Shown here: positions 9,897 to 19,182 of the stretch, one piece after another
How the letters are laid out: every line of letters begins with the position of its first letter
How positions within the stretch are numbered: position 1 is the first letter of the stretch
Source: Nitrospirota bacterium
GTDB lineage: Bacteria; Nitrospirota; Nitrospiria; JACQBZ01
DNA: 64,000 bases
NCBI GenBank assembly: GCA_016200255.1
Contig: JACQFA010000039.1
Span: 13,678 to 77,677 of the forward strand
Direction of reading: 5' to 3'
The notes under the pieces: model-generated
The model's input: the letters and a program-made list of their open reading frames with translations, nothing else
Told to the model about the DNA's origin: nothing
Databases searched by the model: none
Program-made: the position numbers and the translations under genes

Positions 9897-11846
9897 ATGA
9901 CTCAACCAACCATTGAATCGGTGTTGAGAGAGCGACGCGTCTTCAAGCCCCGCGCCGCTTTCAGCCGATGGGCCCACATCAAGAGTATGAAGGAATACAA
10001 AAAACTCGCCCAGGTGGCCGAGTCCAAACCGGAAGTCTTCTGGGGAAAGATCGCGGGCGAGCTCCACTGGTTTAAAAAATGGAAAAAAGTCCTTCAATGG
10101 GAGCCGCCTTTCGCCAGGTGGTTCGTGGGCGGGAAGATCAACATCGCCTACAACTGCATCGACCGCCACCTCCAGACCTGGCGACGGAACAAAGCCGCGA
10201 TCATCTGGGAAGGCGAGCCCGGCGACACCCGGGTCCTGACCTTCCAGGAACTTCATCGGGAGGTCTGCAAGTTTGCCAACGTGCTGAAGCGGCTGGGCGC
10301 CCGGAGCGGCGATCGCGTCGCGATCTACATGCCGATGATCCCGGAGCTGCCGATCGCAATGCTGGCCTGCGCTCGGATCGGGGCGACCCACAGTATCATC
10401 TTCGGCGGATTTTCGGCCGAGGCCTTGAAGGACCGGATCAACGACGCCAAGGCCAAACTCCTCGTCACGGCGGACGGCAGCTACCGCAAGGGTGCGGTCG
10501 TCCCGCTCAAGGAGAACGTGGACAAGGCCCTGTCCCAGACTCCCACCATCGAAAAAGTCGTGGTGGTCCGCCGCACCGGCTTGGCCATTCCCATGGAGTC
10601 GAACCGCGACCATTGGTGGCACGACGCCATGAAGGAGGCTTCGGCCGTCTGCGAGGCCGAGCCGCTCGATTCGGAGCATCCCCTCTTTATTCTTTACACC
10701 AGTGGGACTACCGGAAAACCCAAGGGGGTTGTACATTCCACAGCCGGATACCTCGTCCAGACCTATATCAGCAGCAAGTGGGTCTTCGACCTGAAGGACG
10801 AGGACACCTACTGGTGCACCGCCGACATCGGCTGGGTCACCGGCCACAGTTACATCGTTTATGGAATCCTCGCCAACGGGGCAACCTCCGTGATGTTCGA
10901 AGGCGCCCTGACGCATCCGGGCCCCGACCGGGGTTGGGAGATGATCGAAAAATATCGCGTGAATGTTTTCTACACCGCCCCGACTGCGATCCGGGCCCTG
11001 ATGAAGCTGGGAAACCAATGGCCCGAAAAACATGACTTGAGCAGCCTGCGTCTTTTGGGCACGGTTGGCGAGCCGATCAATCCCGAGGCCTGGATGTGGT
11101 ACAACACCGTGATCGGGAAAAACCGATGCCCGATCGTGGACACCTGGTGGCAGACCGAGACCGGGGCGATACTGATCACGCCGCTGCCCGGCGCGATCCC
11201 GACCAAACCCGGCTCGGCGACGCTGCCCTTCCCGGGCATTTCGGCCGATGTCGTCAACAAGGACGGCTCGCCGGTCGGACCGGATCAAGGCGGCTATCTC
11301 GTCATCAAAAAACCGTGGCCGGCGATGCTCCGGACGATTTACGGCGATCCGGAACGTTATCAATCCCAGTACTGGAGCTTCATCCCCGGTTGTTATTTTA
11401 CCGGAGACGGCGCCCGCCGCGACAAAGATGGTTATTACTGGGTGATGGGCCGCGTGGACGACGTGATCAATGTATCCGGCCATCGCCTCGGCACCATGGA
11501 AATCGAGAGCGCGCTGGTAAGCCATCCGACCGTGGCCGAGGCGGCCGTCGTTGGCAAACCGGACGACTTGAAAGGAACCGCGATCTCGGCCTTCGTGACG
11601 CTGAAAACCGGCAACACCCCTTCGGACTCGTTGAAAGAGGAGCTCCGCTCCCATGTCACGAAAGAGATCGGGGCAATCGCGAGGCCGGATGAGATCCGTT
11701 TCGCCGACAGTCTGCCCAAAACGCGCAGCGGGAAAATCATGCGACGGCTGCTACGGGATATCGCGTCCGGAAAAACGACCGTCGGCGACACCACGACGCT
11801 GGAAGATTACTCCGTCCTGACCAAACTGATGCAGGAAGAGGAATAG
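9897..11846 (+). CDS. acs: Acetyl-CoA synthetase (acetate--CoA ligase)
   Basis: 649 aa with an Acs-typical N-terminus, the AMP-binding motif [12 protein letters not shown], and the C-terminal [12 protein letters not shown]. Confidence 0.95.
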   Translation: MTQPTIESVLRERRVFKPRAAFSRWAHIKSMKEYKKLAQVAESKPEVFWGKIAGELHWFKKWKKVLQWEPPFARWFVGGKINIAYNCIDRHLQTWRRNKAAIIWEGEPGDTRVLTFQELHREVCKFANVLKRLGARSGDRVAIYMPMIPELPIAMLACARIGATHSIIFGGFSAEALKDRINDAKAKLLVTADGSYRKGAVVPLKENVDKALSQTPTIEKVVVVRRTGLAIPMESNRDHWWHDAMKEASAVCEAEPLDSEHPLFILYTSGTTGKPKGVVHSTAGYLVQTYISSKWVFDLKDEDTYWCTADIGWVTGHSYIVYGILANGATSVMFEGALTHPGPDRGWEMIEKYRVNVFYTAPTAIRALMKLGNQWPEKHDLSSLRLLGTVGEPINPEAWMWYNTVIGKNRCPIVDTWWQTETGAILITPLPGAIPTKPGSATLPFPGISADVVNKDGSPVGPDQGGYLVIKKPWPAMLRTIYGDPERYQSQYWSFIPGCYFTGDGARRDKDGYYWVMGRVDDVINVSGHRLGTMEIESALVSHPTVAEAAVVGKPDDLKGTAISAFVTLKTGNTPSDSLKEELRSHVTKEIGAIARPDEIRFADSLPKTRSGKIMRRLLRDIASGKTTVGDTTTLEDYSVLTKLMQEEE

Positions 11847-11875
11847 GGCCGGGCGATGGAAGATAGGCGGTCGGC

Positions 11876-12907
11876 ATGAAAGCAGTGGTCTTTCACGAAC
11901 ACGGCGGACCCGAAAAATTGGTTTATCAGGATGTCCCGACGCCGCAGCCCGGCGAGGATGAAGTCCTGATCCGGGTCAAGGCCTGCTCGATCAATCATGT
12001 GGACGTCTGGGTCCGTCAGGGAATCCCGGCCTATAAAACGACCTTCCCGCATATCTCGGGCTGCGACGTCGCCGGCCTGGTGGAGTCGGTCGGAAAAAAC
12101 GTCACCGGAATCAACCGGGGCGAGAAAGTCTTCGTGGCGCCGGGCCTGAGTTGTTTTCGGTGCGCCTACTGTCTTTCGGGACAGGACAACATGTGCATCG
12201 CCTATAAAATCCTCGGCGCACATACCAACGGAGGGTATGCCGAATATGTGACGGTCCCGGCGATCAATGTCATTACGATGCCCAACACGCTCCGTTTCGA
12301 AGAGGCGGCCTCCTTCCCGCTGGCCTTTGTTACGGCGTGGCATATGCTGATCACGCGGGCCGAACTCAAGGCCGGCCAGGAGGTGTTGGTGCTCGCGGCA
12401 GGAAGCGGGATCGGAACCGCGGCGATCCAGATCGCGAAGCTGGCCGGAGCCTGGGTGGTCGCCGCGGCCGGACGGGACGATAAGCTGGCAAAGGCCAAGG
12501 CCCTCGGGGCGGACGAGGTCATCAATTACCGACGGGAGGACTTCTCGAACAAGATTCGCGAATTCACCGGTGGGAAAGGGGTCGATGTCGTTTTCGAACA
12601 TGTCGGGCCGGATACCTGGGAGAAAAGCCTTACCTCACTGGCCAAAAACGGAAAGCTGGTCACCTGCGGCGCCAGTTCCGGGCCGGAGGCCAGGACAGAT
12701 CTCCGATACATTTTCTCCCGTCAGCTCTCGATTCTCGGCTCGATGATGGGAACGCGGAGCGACCTGCTGGAAGTGACCAAACTGATGGAAATCGGAAAAC
12801 TCAAGCCGGTCATTGATTCGGTCTTTCCCTTGAAGGAGGCGCGGACCGCCCAGGGACGGATGATGGAACGCAGCAACTTCGGCAAATTGATTCTCGTTCC
12901 ATCCTAA
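11876..12907 (+). CDS. Zinc-type alcohol dehydrogenase / quinone oxidoreductase (MDR family)
   Basis: A GroES-like N-terminus plus the Rossmann motif LVLAAGSGIGTAAIQIAK; 343 aa. Confidence 0.85.
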   Translation: MKAVVFHEHGGPEKLVYQDVPTPQPGEDEVLIRVKACSINHVDVWVRQGIPAYKTTFPHISGCDVAGLVESVGKNVTGINRGEKVFVAPGLSCFRCAYCLSGQDNMCIAYKILGAHTNGGYAEYVTVPAINVITMPNTLRFEEAASFPLAFVTAWHMLITRAELKAGQEVLVLAAGSGIGTAAIQIAKLAGAWVVAAAGRDDKLAKAKALGADEVINYRREDFSNKIREFTGGKGVDVVFEHVGPDTWEKSLTSLAKNGKLVTCGASSGPEARTDLRYIFSRQLSILGSMMGTRSDLLEVTKLMEIGKLKPVIDSVFPLKEARTAQGRMMERSNFGKLILVPS

Positions 12908-12929
12908 ACCGTCGGGACCCGCAGACCGC

Positions 12930-13211
12930 ATGGAGCCTTCAATCGGAAAACAACTGGGACTGGCGACCTTTGTCTGGATCCTCTATTTTCTTGTCGTCTT
13001 CCTCGTCTGCAACTTCGTCTACATCAAACTGCGGGGACAACCGCCGAAAAATCCCGACGCGCCGGTCATCCTCCGGGGAAGGCCGGCGCCGGACCGGACG
13101 GTCTGGCAGGAAAAGGACAAACGACTGCGACGTCTGTTTATCGCGATCGGCGCGGTCTTAATGCTCCTGCCGCTGTTGCTGCCGCTGGCCCTGAAACGGT
13201 TCTTCTCATGA
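12930..13211 (+). CDS. Small membrane protein (two predicted TM helices)
   Basis: LATFVWILYFLVVFLVCNFVYI and LFIAIGAVLMLLPLLLPLAL; no other similarity. Confidence 0.4.
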   Translation: MEPSIGKQLGLATFVWILYFLVVFLVCNFVYIKLRGQPPKNPDAPVILRGRPAPDRTVWQEKDKRLRRLFIAIGAVLMLLPLLLPLALKRFFS

Positions 13212-13279
13212 CTTGCGATGTTCCATCGGATTGAGTATAATGCGATCTATTGTTGACCCAGACGGAGGGAGAGTCGATC

Positions 13280-13678
13280 ATGTCGTTGGCACGCTTGATG
13301 AACCGGGAACTGAAAAAGATTTCGAACGGCACCACCATCCAGGAAACGGCGCGCATCATGGGAATCCAGAACGTCGGATCGCTGTTGGTCGAAAAAGACG
13401 GGCAGTTGGTCGGAATCCTCACCGAGACCGACATCGTCCGCAAGGCCGCGGCCAAGGGCATGGATCTCAAAAAAGAGACGGTGGAATCCATCGTCAGCAA
13501 GCCGATCATCTCGATCGAGATCACCCGATCGCCCCAGGATGCGTTTGATCTGATGGGCGAGGTGGGGGTAAGACATCTGGGGATTACCGATCGCGGGAAG
13601 GTGGTGGGAATTGTATCGGTGCGCGACCTGCTGATCCATTTCAAGAAACAGTCCGAGCCGCGCATGGGGATCGATTAA
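13280..13678 (+). CDS. CBS-domain pair protein
   Basis: MSLARLMNREL...GSLLVEKDGQLVGILTETDIVRK...VRHLGITDRGKVVGIVSVRDLL. A GGAGGGAG RBS precedes the ATG at 13280, and a TATAAT sits at about 13236. Confidence 0.75.
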   Translation: MSLARLMNRELKKISNGTTIQETARIMGIQNVGSLLVEKDGQLVGILTETDIVRKAAAKGMDLKKETVESIVSKPIISIEITRSPQDAFDLMGEVGVRHLGITDRGKVVGIVSVRDLLIHFKKQSEPRMGID

Positions 13679-14085
13679 GATCGGACCGCGGCCCGATCAC
13701 GCTTCTTGTCTGCATGATGCCGCTTATTCTCCAGCATCTTCTCCTTCGCCCGGCGGGAGCGCTTCCGTTTCTGCCGCCGGATCTTCTCGAATCTCTGCCG
13801 CTCCGCGCTGAGGGCCCCTAGCTTTTTCTCTTCAATCCGATCCAGCAACAACCGCCGGGCCAGAAAACGGTTCAACCCCTGCGAACGCGCCTCCTGACAT
13901 TTGACCGTCGTGCCGGTCGGCTTGTGAACCAATACGACACAGGTCGAGGTCTTGTTCACATTCTGTCCGCCGGCACCGGAGGATCGGATAAAGGATTCGT
14001 CCAGGTCATCCTCCCGGACGCCGAGCCGGCGCATCCGTTCGATCAGTTTGTTTTCCGTGGAGGGTGAAACGGGAAAGATCGGCAT
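13675..14085 (-). CDS. arfB: Peptidyl-tRNA hydrolase ArfB (alternative ribosome-rescue factor, RF-1 GGQ domain)
   Basis: SSGAGGQNVNKTSTCVVLVHKPTG GGQ motif plus a basic C-terminal tail. Confidence 0.8.
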   Translation of the reverse strand: MPIFPVSPSTENKLIERMRRLGVREDDLDESFIRSSGAGGQNVNKTSTCVVLVHKPTGTTVKCQEARSQGLNRFLARRLLLDRIEEKKLGALSAERQRFEKIRRQKRKRSRRAKEKMLENKRHHADKKRDRAAVRS

Positions 14086-14092
14086 GGATGTC

Positions 14093-14620
14093 CTATTTCC
14101 TCCTGCCCGTTTTGGTCTTCTCGCCCTTTCCGCCCGAGTCGGACAGGTCCTTGGTCGAAGCCATGAGGCGTTTGACGTTGGCGACCGAGAAGCTCTTGCT
14201 GCCTTTGCGCTGGATGATCTCGTGAATGATCCCGGTCTCGGGCGCCGGTTTCGTGAAGATCTGTGTCAGCTCCTCGCTGTCCAGGACATCCTCCGTGGTG
14301 AACTGAATCTTCTTGGCCTTCATCTCGGCCACTTCTTTTTTGATGTCATCCACCACATAGGCGATATGATGCAGCGCATTGCCGTGAAGCTTCACCCACT
14401 TCTTCACGACGCCGCCCTCCCCGACGCCCTCGCTCAAGAAAATCGAGATACCCTGGCCGTCTTTCGCTTTGAGCGCGGCGCAGCGGGCCTGGGTGTTGTC
14501 GTCAAAATCAATGAAGAACCGATCCGTCACTTCGAAATTCATCACCCCGGTGTAAAATTTTACGGCCTTCTCCAAATCCGCCACGCGGAATGCGATATGA
14601 TCGATATGCTTGCCGGCCAT
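14093..14620 (-). CDS. VOC-family (glyoxalase/bleomycin-resistance/dioxygenase fold) protein, possibly a methylmalonyl-CoA epimerase
   Basis: HIDHIAFRVADLEKAVKFY...LHHIAYVVDDI, followed by a Lys-rich C-terminal extension. Confidence 0.7.
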   Translation of the reverse strand: MAGKHIDHIAFRVADLEKAVKFYTGVMNFEVTDRFFIDFDDNTQARCAALKAKDGQGISIFLSEGVGEGGVVKKWVKLHGNALHHIAYVVDDIKKEVAEMKAKKIQFTTEDVLDSEELTQIFTKPAPETGIIHEIIQRKGSKSFSVANVKRLMASTKDLSDSGGKGEKTKTGRRK

Positions 14621-14623
14621 GGA

Positions 14624-15823
14624 TCACCTCTTTCTTTTATTCTTTATATATAACATTTTCTCTTTCACCGCTATTCCCCGCCGACTCAGTTCCTTCACGA
14701 ACGGTCCGGCCGGAACGGCCGTCTCAAGCGGCACGACGCCTTTGTCTTTTATATCGCCGCGGGCCAACATCGCGGCCACGATCGCGGTCGAAAAACCGGT
14801 CGTTCGCTCCATCGCCGAGAAGCCGGTTGCCGGATCATACAACTCGAGCACATCCAGAACCAGTTCGACCGGCTTTCGATTTTTCCTGCCCCGGCAGATC
14901 ACGCGAAGCACCACCAGGTCACTATCCTCCGGAAAGGCGATCTTATCCCCGACCACCTTCACGAACAGATCCCTCGGAACGACCGTTGCTCCTTTTACCG
15001 TCACAGGCCGCCGATCCAGAAGACCCATTTCGCGCATAAGCCTGATCTTCTCGTAATGGCCGGGATAGCGGACCGTTTTATAGTCGTACGAATTTAGCCG
15101 TCCTTCAAACGTCCAAGGACAAGTGGAAGTGGCGCCGGCCGTCACAAAGGCCTCGCATTCTCCCAACGGTTTCGGAAAACGGATCTCTTCGAGCTCGGTG
15201 AAGCTCTCGATCTCAATCACCTTGCCGTTTCGAAGCACAAAGGCCTTCCCGAAATAGTTGTTCAGCATCCCTTCCAGATTAAACACGAGACGGTAACCCA
15301 GCGGAGGCCTGGGGGTCTGCGGAAGCCCGCCGCACCGGATCTGGACCGAGCTCGTTTCATCCAATCGCTGCATTCCATAAACCGCCAGGAGGTTGTTCAT
15401 TCCGGGGGCCAGGCCGCAGTCCGGAATGATCGAAATGCCGGCGGCCTTCGCGAGATTGGACAGTCGCATTTCTTCAAGGACGACCTCGATATCCCCGCCC
15501 AGATCGCACATCGGGACGGCCGCCTCGATCGCGGCCTTCGCCACAAGCGGATTGAAATAGTACGGCACGGCGCTCATCACGGCCCCCGCGCCGCGCAGAC
15601 GATCGACCAATTCCGAATGGTTTTGGACCGCGACCGCAGCGGCTTCAAGTTGCGTCTTAGTTGAAGGGGAAAGCAGACGACGGAGCCGGTCGACCGATTT
15701 TTGGGCGTAGTCCCTGTTGGCATCGGCAAGAGTGATCCGGTCCGCCTCGCCAAACCGGGCCAGGTCATAGGCGCAGGCCGTGCCTTGACGGCCCGCTCCG
15801 AGAATGAGATAATAGTAACCCAT
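14624..15823 (-). CDS. Saccharopine dehydrogenase-family NAD(P)-binding protein
   Basis: N-terminal ILGAGRQGTACAYDL Rossmann motif; 399 aa, the usual length for the saccharopine dehydrogenase fold. Confidence 0.75.
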   Translation of the reverse strand: MGYYYLILGAGRQGTACAYDLARFGEADRITLADANRDYAQKSVDRLRRLLSPSTKTQLEAAAVAVQNHSELVDRLRGAGAVMSAVPYYFNPLVAKAAIEAAVPMCDLGGDIEVVLEEMRLSNLAKAAGISIIPDCGLAPGMNNLLAVYGMQRLDETSSVQIRCGGLPQTPRPPLGYRLVFNLEGMLNNYFGKAFVLRNGKVIEIESFTELEEIRFPKPLGECEAFVTAGATSTCPWTFEGRLNSYDYKTVRYPGHYEKIRLMREMGLLDRRPVTVKGATVVPRDLFVKVVGDKIAFPEDSDLVVLRVICRGRKNRKPVELVLDVLELYDPATGFSAMERTTGFSTAIVAAMLARGDIKDKGVVPLETAVPAGPFVKELSRRGIAVKEKMLYIKNKRKR

Positions 15824-15920
15824 TGCGTCCGCTCCCGACCGTATTCATTTTAAGTGTAAGTTGGATTGACAAAGACGTCAAGGAGAATATGGCGAGCCGA
15901 CGGATTTTTTCAGCAGCAGG

Positions 15921-16408
15921 CTATCGATTAACTTCTCTTACAAGGTGGCCCAGTTCAGGCAGGATCAGTTTTTCCATCGCCAGCCTCACCGCCGCTTCGG
16001 AACCCGGGATCGAGATCACGACTTTCCCACGATAGGCGCCGGCCACGGCCCGGCTCATCATCGCGGCCGAACCGATTTCCTGATAGCTCAGTGAACGGAA
16101 CAACTCGCCGAAACCGTCCAGCCGCTTTTCCAACAGTTCCACCACGGCTTCATACGTCCCGTCCCGTTTTGAAACGCCGGTGCCGCCCGTGAGGATAACA
16201 GCCTGAACATCGGGATTCAGCGTAACGGTATTAAGAAGTTTTTGGACCTCGGCCGGTTCATCTTTGATCAAATGAAAGGATGCGACGCGATGGCCTTGCA
16301 TCTCAAGAAGCTTTCGGAGTCCGTCTCGGACGTTCGCGAATCGCTCACCGTCACGATCACGCAGCCGACGACGGCGGGCGCATGGGCTCTATGCTCTTTG
16401 TGCCCCAC
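15921..16408 (-). pseudogene. moaB: Molybdenum cofactor biosynthesis protein MoaB/MogA with an apparent 1-nt frameshift
   Basis: The N-terminal frame starts at a GTG immediately after the ferredoxin stop and reads MGHKEHRAHAPAVVGCVIVTVSDSRTSETDSESF. The C-terminal frame (track ORF 15921..16301) reads ...LRKLLEMQGHRV...AVILTGGTGVSKRD.... The two frames join near 16300-16320, and the total length (488 nt) is not a multiple of 3. Confidence 0.55.
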
Positions 16409-16738
16409 TCACGGGCCCCAGACCGCATCGGGGAGGAACAATCTCTTAACCGGCTGGCCCTTGATGATATGCTGTTCCAGAATTTCGGGAACGTCATTTG
16501 GCGTGACTTTCTGGTACCAGACGCCGTCGGGATAGACCACGACCGTCGGCCCGAAGGCGCAGGGGCCCATGCAGGACGACTCCGTGACAATCAATTTAAA
16601 GACCAGGTTCAAGCGGGCCATCTCCATCATGAACCGCATGAGAACCTCTTTGGACCCGTTTGCGCTGCAGGATCCCCGGGGATGATCCGGAGGGCGGCTC
16701 TGCGTGCAGACCAAAATATGATGCATTGGTTTGGGCAT
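16409..16738 (-). CDS. Thioredoxin-like [2Fe-2S] ferredoxin (NuoE-like fold)
   Basis: HILVCTQSRPPDHPRGSCSANGSKEVL...SCMGPCAFGPTVVVYPDGVWY, the Cys pattern of thioredoxin-like 2Fe-2S ferredoxins. Confidence 0.7.
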   Translation of the reverse strand: MPKPMHHILVCTQSRPPDHPRGSCSANGSKEVLMRFMMEMARLNLVFKLIVTESSCMGPCAFGPTVVVYPDGVWYQKVTPNDVPEILEQHIIKGQPVKRLFLPDAVWGP

Positions 16739-16749
16739 GACACTCCTTT

Positions 16750-17058
16750 TTAAGTAAAGGCGATCTTGACCTGACCGTTCTCGACCTTGACCGAATAGGT
16801 CTTGACCTGCACGGAAGGATTGGCCGCACAGATGCCGGTCTTCACGTTGTATCTCCAGCTGTGCCAGGGACAGATGACATTTTCCCCTTCAACCAATCCC
16901 TCCCCCAGCGGGCCTCCCTGGTGGGCGCACATATTGTCGATGGCATAGTACGTCCCGTTGATATTAAAAAGAGCCACCTCATTCCCGTTGACTTCCACCA
17001 CACAGCCGTCGCCGGGCGCAAGATCCCCCGGCTTGGCAACGGTCACGTACTCGCTCAT
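16750..17058 (-). CDS. Small Rieske [2Fe-2S] protein (NirD-like)
   Basis: CAHQGGPL...CPWHSWRY Rieske boxes; 102 aa. Confidence 0.8.
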   Translation of the reverse strand: MSEYVTVAKPGDLAPGDGCVVEVNGNEVALFNINGTYYAIDNMCAHQGGPLGEGLVEGENVICPWHSWRYNVKTGICAANPSVQVKTYSVKVENGQVKIAFT

Positions 17059-17259
17059 CGCAACGTCTCCTCCTTAATCATTCGATGATGCAACAGACGT
17101 CGTCATCAATAATAAACGATCTGTATTTTATAAGAATGCTTCCGGCTATTCAATCAAAAAAAACGGATTTTCATGTCGGTCCCCACCATTCCCCAGATGA
17201 ACGCCTCCGCCCCCTTGATTTTTTGTTGGAAAGTTCTATAATATTGCGGTGGAGAGCCC

Positions 17260-17817
17260 ATGGAGATGACACTCCTTCTAAATACGACTTTTGAGCCGCT
17301 GCGCGTGGTGCATTGGAAACGGGCCATCACGCTGATGTGGCAGAAAAAGGTGGAGGTCCTTGAGGTCTACGACAAGGAAATCCATGCCGTTTCGATCACG
17401 ATCAAACTCCCCTCCGTCATTCGCCTGCTGAAGATGGTCCGACTCAAAGACAGCCACCACGCCGTGAAATTTTCACGGGCCAACATCTTTGCACGGGACA
17501 AATACCGCTGCCAGTATTGCGGCCAGAAATTCCGGACCGAGGAGCTGACGTTCGATCACGTCACCCCGACCTCGCGCGGCGGGAAAAAAGCCTGGGAAAA
17601 TATCGTGACGGCCTGCCTGTCCTGCAACAACAAAAAAAGCGGCCGCACCCCCGAAGAGGCCCGGATGCGGCTGATCAAGCCGCCCGTCAAACCGAAATGG
17701 AGTCCCACGTTCACGATCACGATCGGGCTGAAGACGCTCCCCGAAAGCTGGCGGGACTATCTTTACTGGAATGTGGAACTGGACCTGGACCGGATCGAAA
17801 CCGACCCATCTTTTTAA
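17260..17817 (+). CDS. HNH endonuclease family protein
   Basis: YRCQYCGQKF...LTFDHVTPTSRGG...NIVTACLSCNNKK HNH motif. Confidence 0.8.
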   Translation: MEMTLLLNTTFEPLRVVHWKRAITLMWQKKVEVLEVYDKEIHAVSITIKLPSVIRLLKMVRLKDSHHAVKFSRANIFARDKYRCQYCGQKFRTEELTFDHVTPTSRGGKKAWENIVTACLSCNNKKSGRTPEEARMRLIKPPVKPKWSPTFTITIGLKTLPESWRDYLYWNVELDLDRIETDPSF

Positions 17818-17922
17818 ATCCAGGCACTATAAAATCTCACGTCCGCCTTTCGCCCATCAAGCCAGGTCGCACACGGTCAATTTGACTGTGTTATAATAAT
17901 GCTCTCACAAGGAGAAGCGATC

Positions 17923-18231
17923 ATGGTATTATTGGAGTTCAGCATGTCCCCTATGGGCAAGGGCGAAAGCGTCGGGAAATATGTCTCCCGTTCACTGGCG
18001 ATCATCGACCGCTCCGGCATCGATTACCGGCTCAACCCCATGGGAACAGTGATCGAAGGAGACTGGGACCAGGTCTTCGCCGTCGTCAAGAAATGTTATG
18101 AGGCGATGAAGAAAGACTGCGGCCGGATCTCGCTCGGCATCAAGGTTGATTACCGGAAGGGCCATCGCGGCCGGTTGAACAGCAAGGTAGCCAGTATTGA
18201 AAAACGGTTGAAGCGGAAGTTAAAAACGTAA
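17923..18231 (+). CDS. MTH1187/YkoF-family (DUF77, thiamine-binding-like) protein
   Basis: MVLLEFSMSPMGKGESVGKYVSRSLAIIDRSGIDYRLNPMGTVIEGDWDQVFAVVKKCYEAM matches the YkoF/MTH1187 pattern. The start was chosen at the internal Met. Confidence 0.65.
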   Translation: MVLLEFSMSPMGKGESVGKYVSRSLAIIDRSGIDYRLNPMGTVIEGDWDQVFAVVKKCYEAMKKDCGRISLGIKVDYRKGHRGRLNSKVASIEKRLKRKLKT

Positions 18232-18261
18232 CGAGACCCATCCCGCAGAATACGGCGCGGA

Positions 18262-18768
18262 GTGAGATCGGAATTCATGACTGAAGAACGTGAGGAAGAA
18301 AGAAAACGGGCGCTCGAGCTTTTCAAAAGAGCCTACGAGCTCCAGATGAGTGGAGCGCTGGATGAGGCCTGCGACCATTACAGGAAATCCCTCGCGCTCT
18401 ATCCCACGGCCGAGGCCCATACATTTCTGGGTTGGACCTACAGCTTCATGGGGCGTTACGACGACGCCATCCAGGAATGTCACAAGGCAATCGAGGTCGA
18501 CCCGGATTTCGGAAACCCCTATAACGATATCGGGGCCTACCTGATCGAGAAGGGGCGGCTGGACGAGGCCATCCCCTGGCTTGAAAAAGCGACGAAGGCG
18601 GTCCGGTACGAGAGCTACTGCTTCCCTCATCTTAATCTTGGTCGGATCTGGGAAAAAAAGGGGGAGTGGTATCAGGCCATGGAAGAATATCAGAAAGCGC
18701 TGAAGCACAATCCGGATTATTCCCTGGCCGCCAAGGCCCTTGGCCGGATCAGAGGAATGTTAAACTGA
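18262..18768 (+). CDS. TPR-repeat protein
   Basis: Several 34-aa TPR-like units (AL.LYP...A....G..Y...G.YD.A.....KA....P). Confidence 0.7.
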   Translation: MRSEFMTEEREEERKRALELFKRAYELQMSGALDEACDHYRKSLALYPTAEAHTFLGWTYSFMGRYDDAIQECHKAIEVDPDFGNPYNDIGAYLIEKGRLDEAIPWLEKATKAVRYESYCFPHLNLGRIWEKKGEWYQAMEEYQKALKHNPDYSLAAKALGRIRGMLN

Positions 18769-18780
18769 TCCAACGAGGTT

Positions 18781-19173
18781 TTGATGACGAATCCAACCAT
18801 CCTGGTCGCAATCGACGACCTTTTCTTTTTGTCCAAGATTACGACCGCTCTTAAAGCCCAGGGCTGCACGGCTCGAGTGGCCACGCAGCTTCAAGCGATC
18901 CTGAAGGACGCGGTTGACCAAAAACCGTCACTGGTGATTTTAGACCTGGGTATAGGCACGCTAGATCCTGCACAGCTGATCCAGGAAGTCCGCCGTCTGC
19001 CTCAACTCATCGATCTGCCCGTTCTGTGCTACACCAACCATACCCAAGTCCCAAGTTGGGAAGAAAAATTAAAAGATACAGCAGTTAAAGTGGTTCCTAA
19101 TTCATATATATCTTCAAATATTTGCAGCGTAGTGGGGTTGATTAGTCTATTTATTAGCAAAAATATCGATTAA
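18781..19173 (+). CDS. Receiver (REC)-like single-domain protein
   Basis: ILVAIDDLFFLSKIT...PSLVILDLG... has receiver-domain topology, but the acidic pocket is not clearly intact. Confidence 0.5.
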   Translation: MMTNPTILVAIDDLFFLSKITTALKAQGCTARVATQLQAILKDAVDQKPSLVILDLGIGTLDPAQLIQEVRRLPQLIDLPVLCYTNHTQVPSWEEKLKDTAVKVVPNSYISSNICSVVGLISLFISKNID

Positions 19174-19182
19174 AGTGGGATT

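Noticed and set aside
9873-11654. 593-aa minus-strand ORF
   Set aside because: It lies entirely antisense to acs, which is unambiguous, and is typical of long stop-free antisense frames in GC-rich DNA.
17820-17900. Possible small RNA or tRNA in short AT-rich spacers (17.8 kb, 47.8 kb, 24.3 kb)
   Set aside because: I could not find a cloverleaf (acceptor stem with T-loop GTTCGAATC-like) or any rRNA/tmRNA/RNase P signature by eye. No RNA gene is called.
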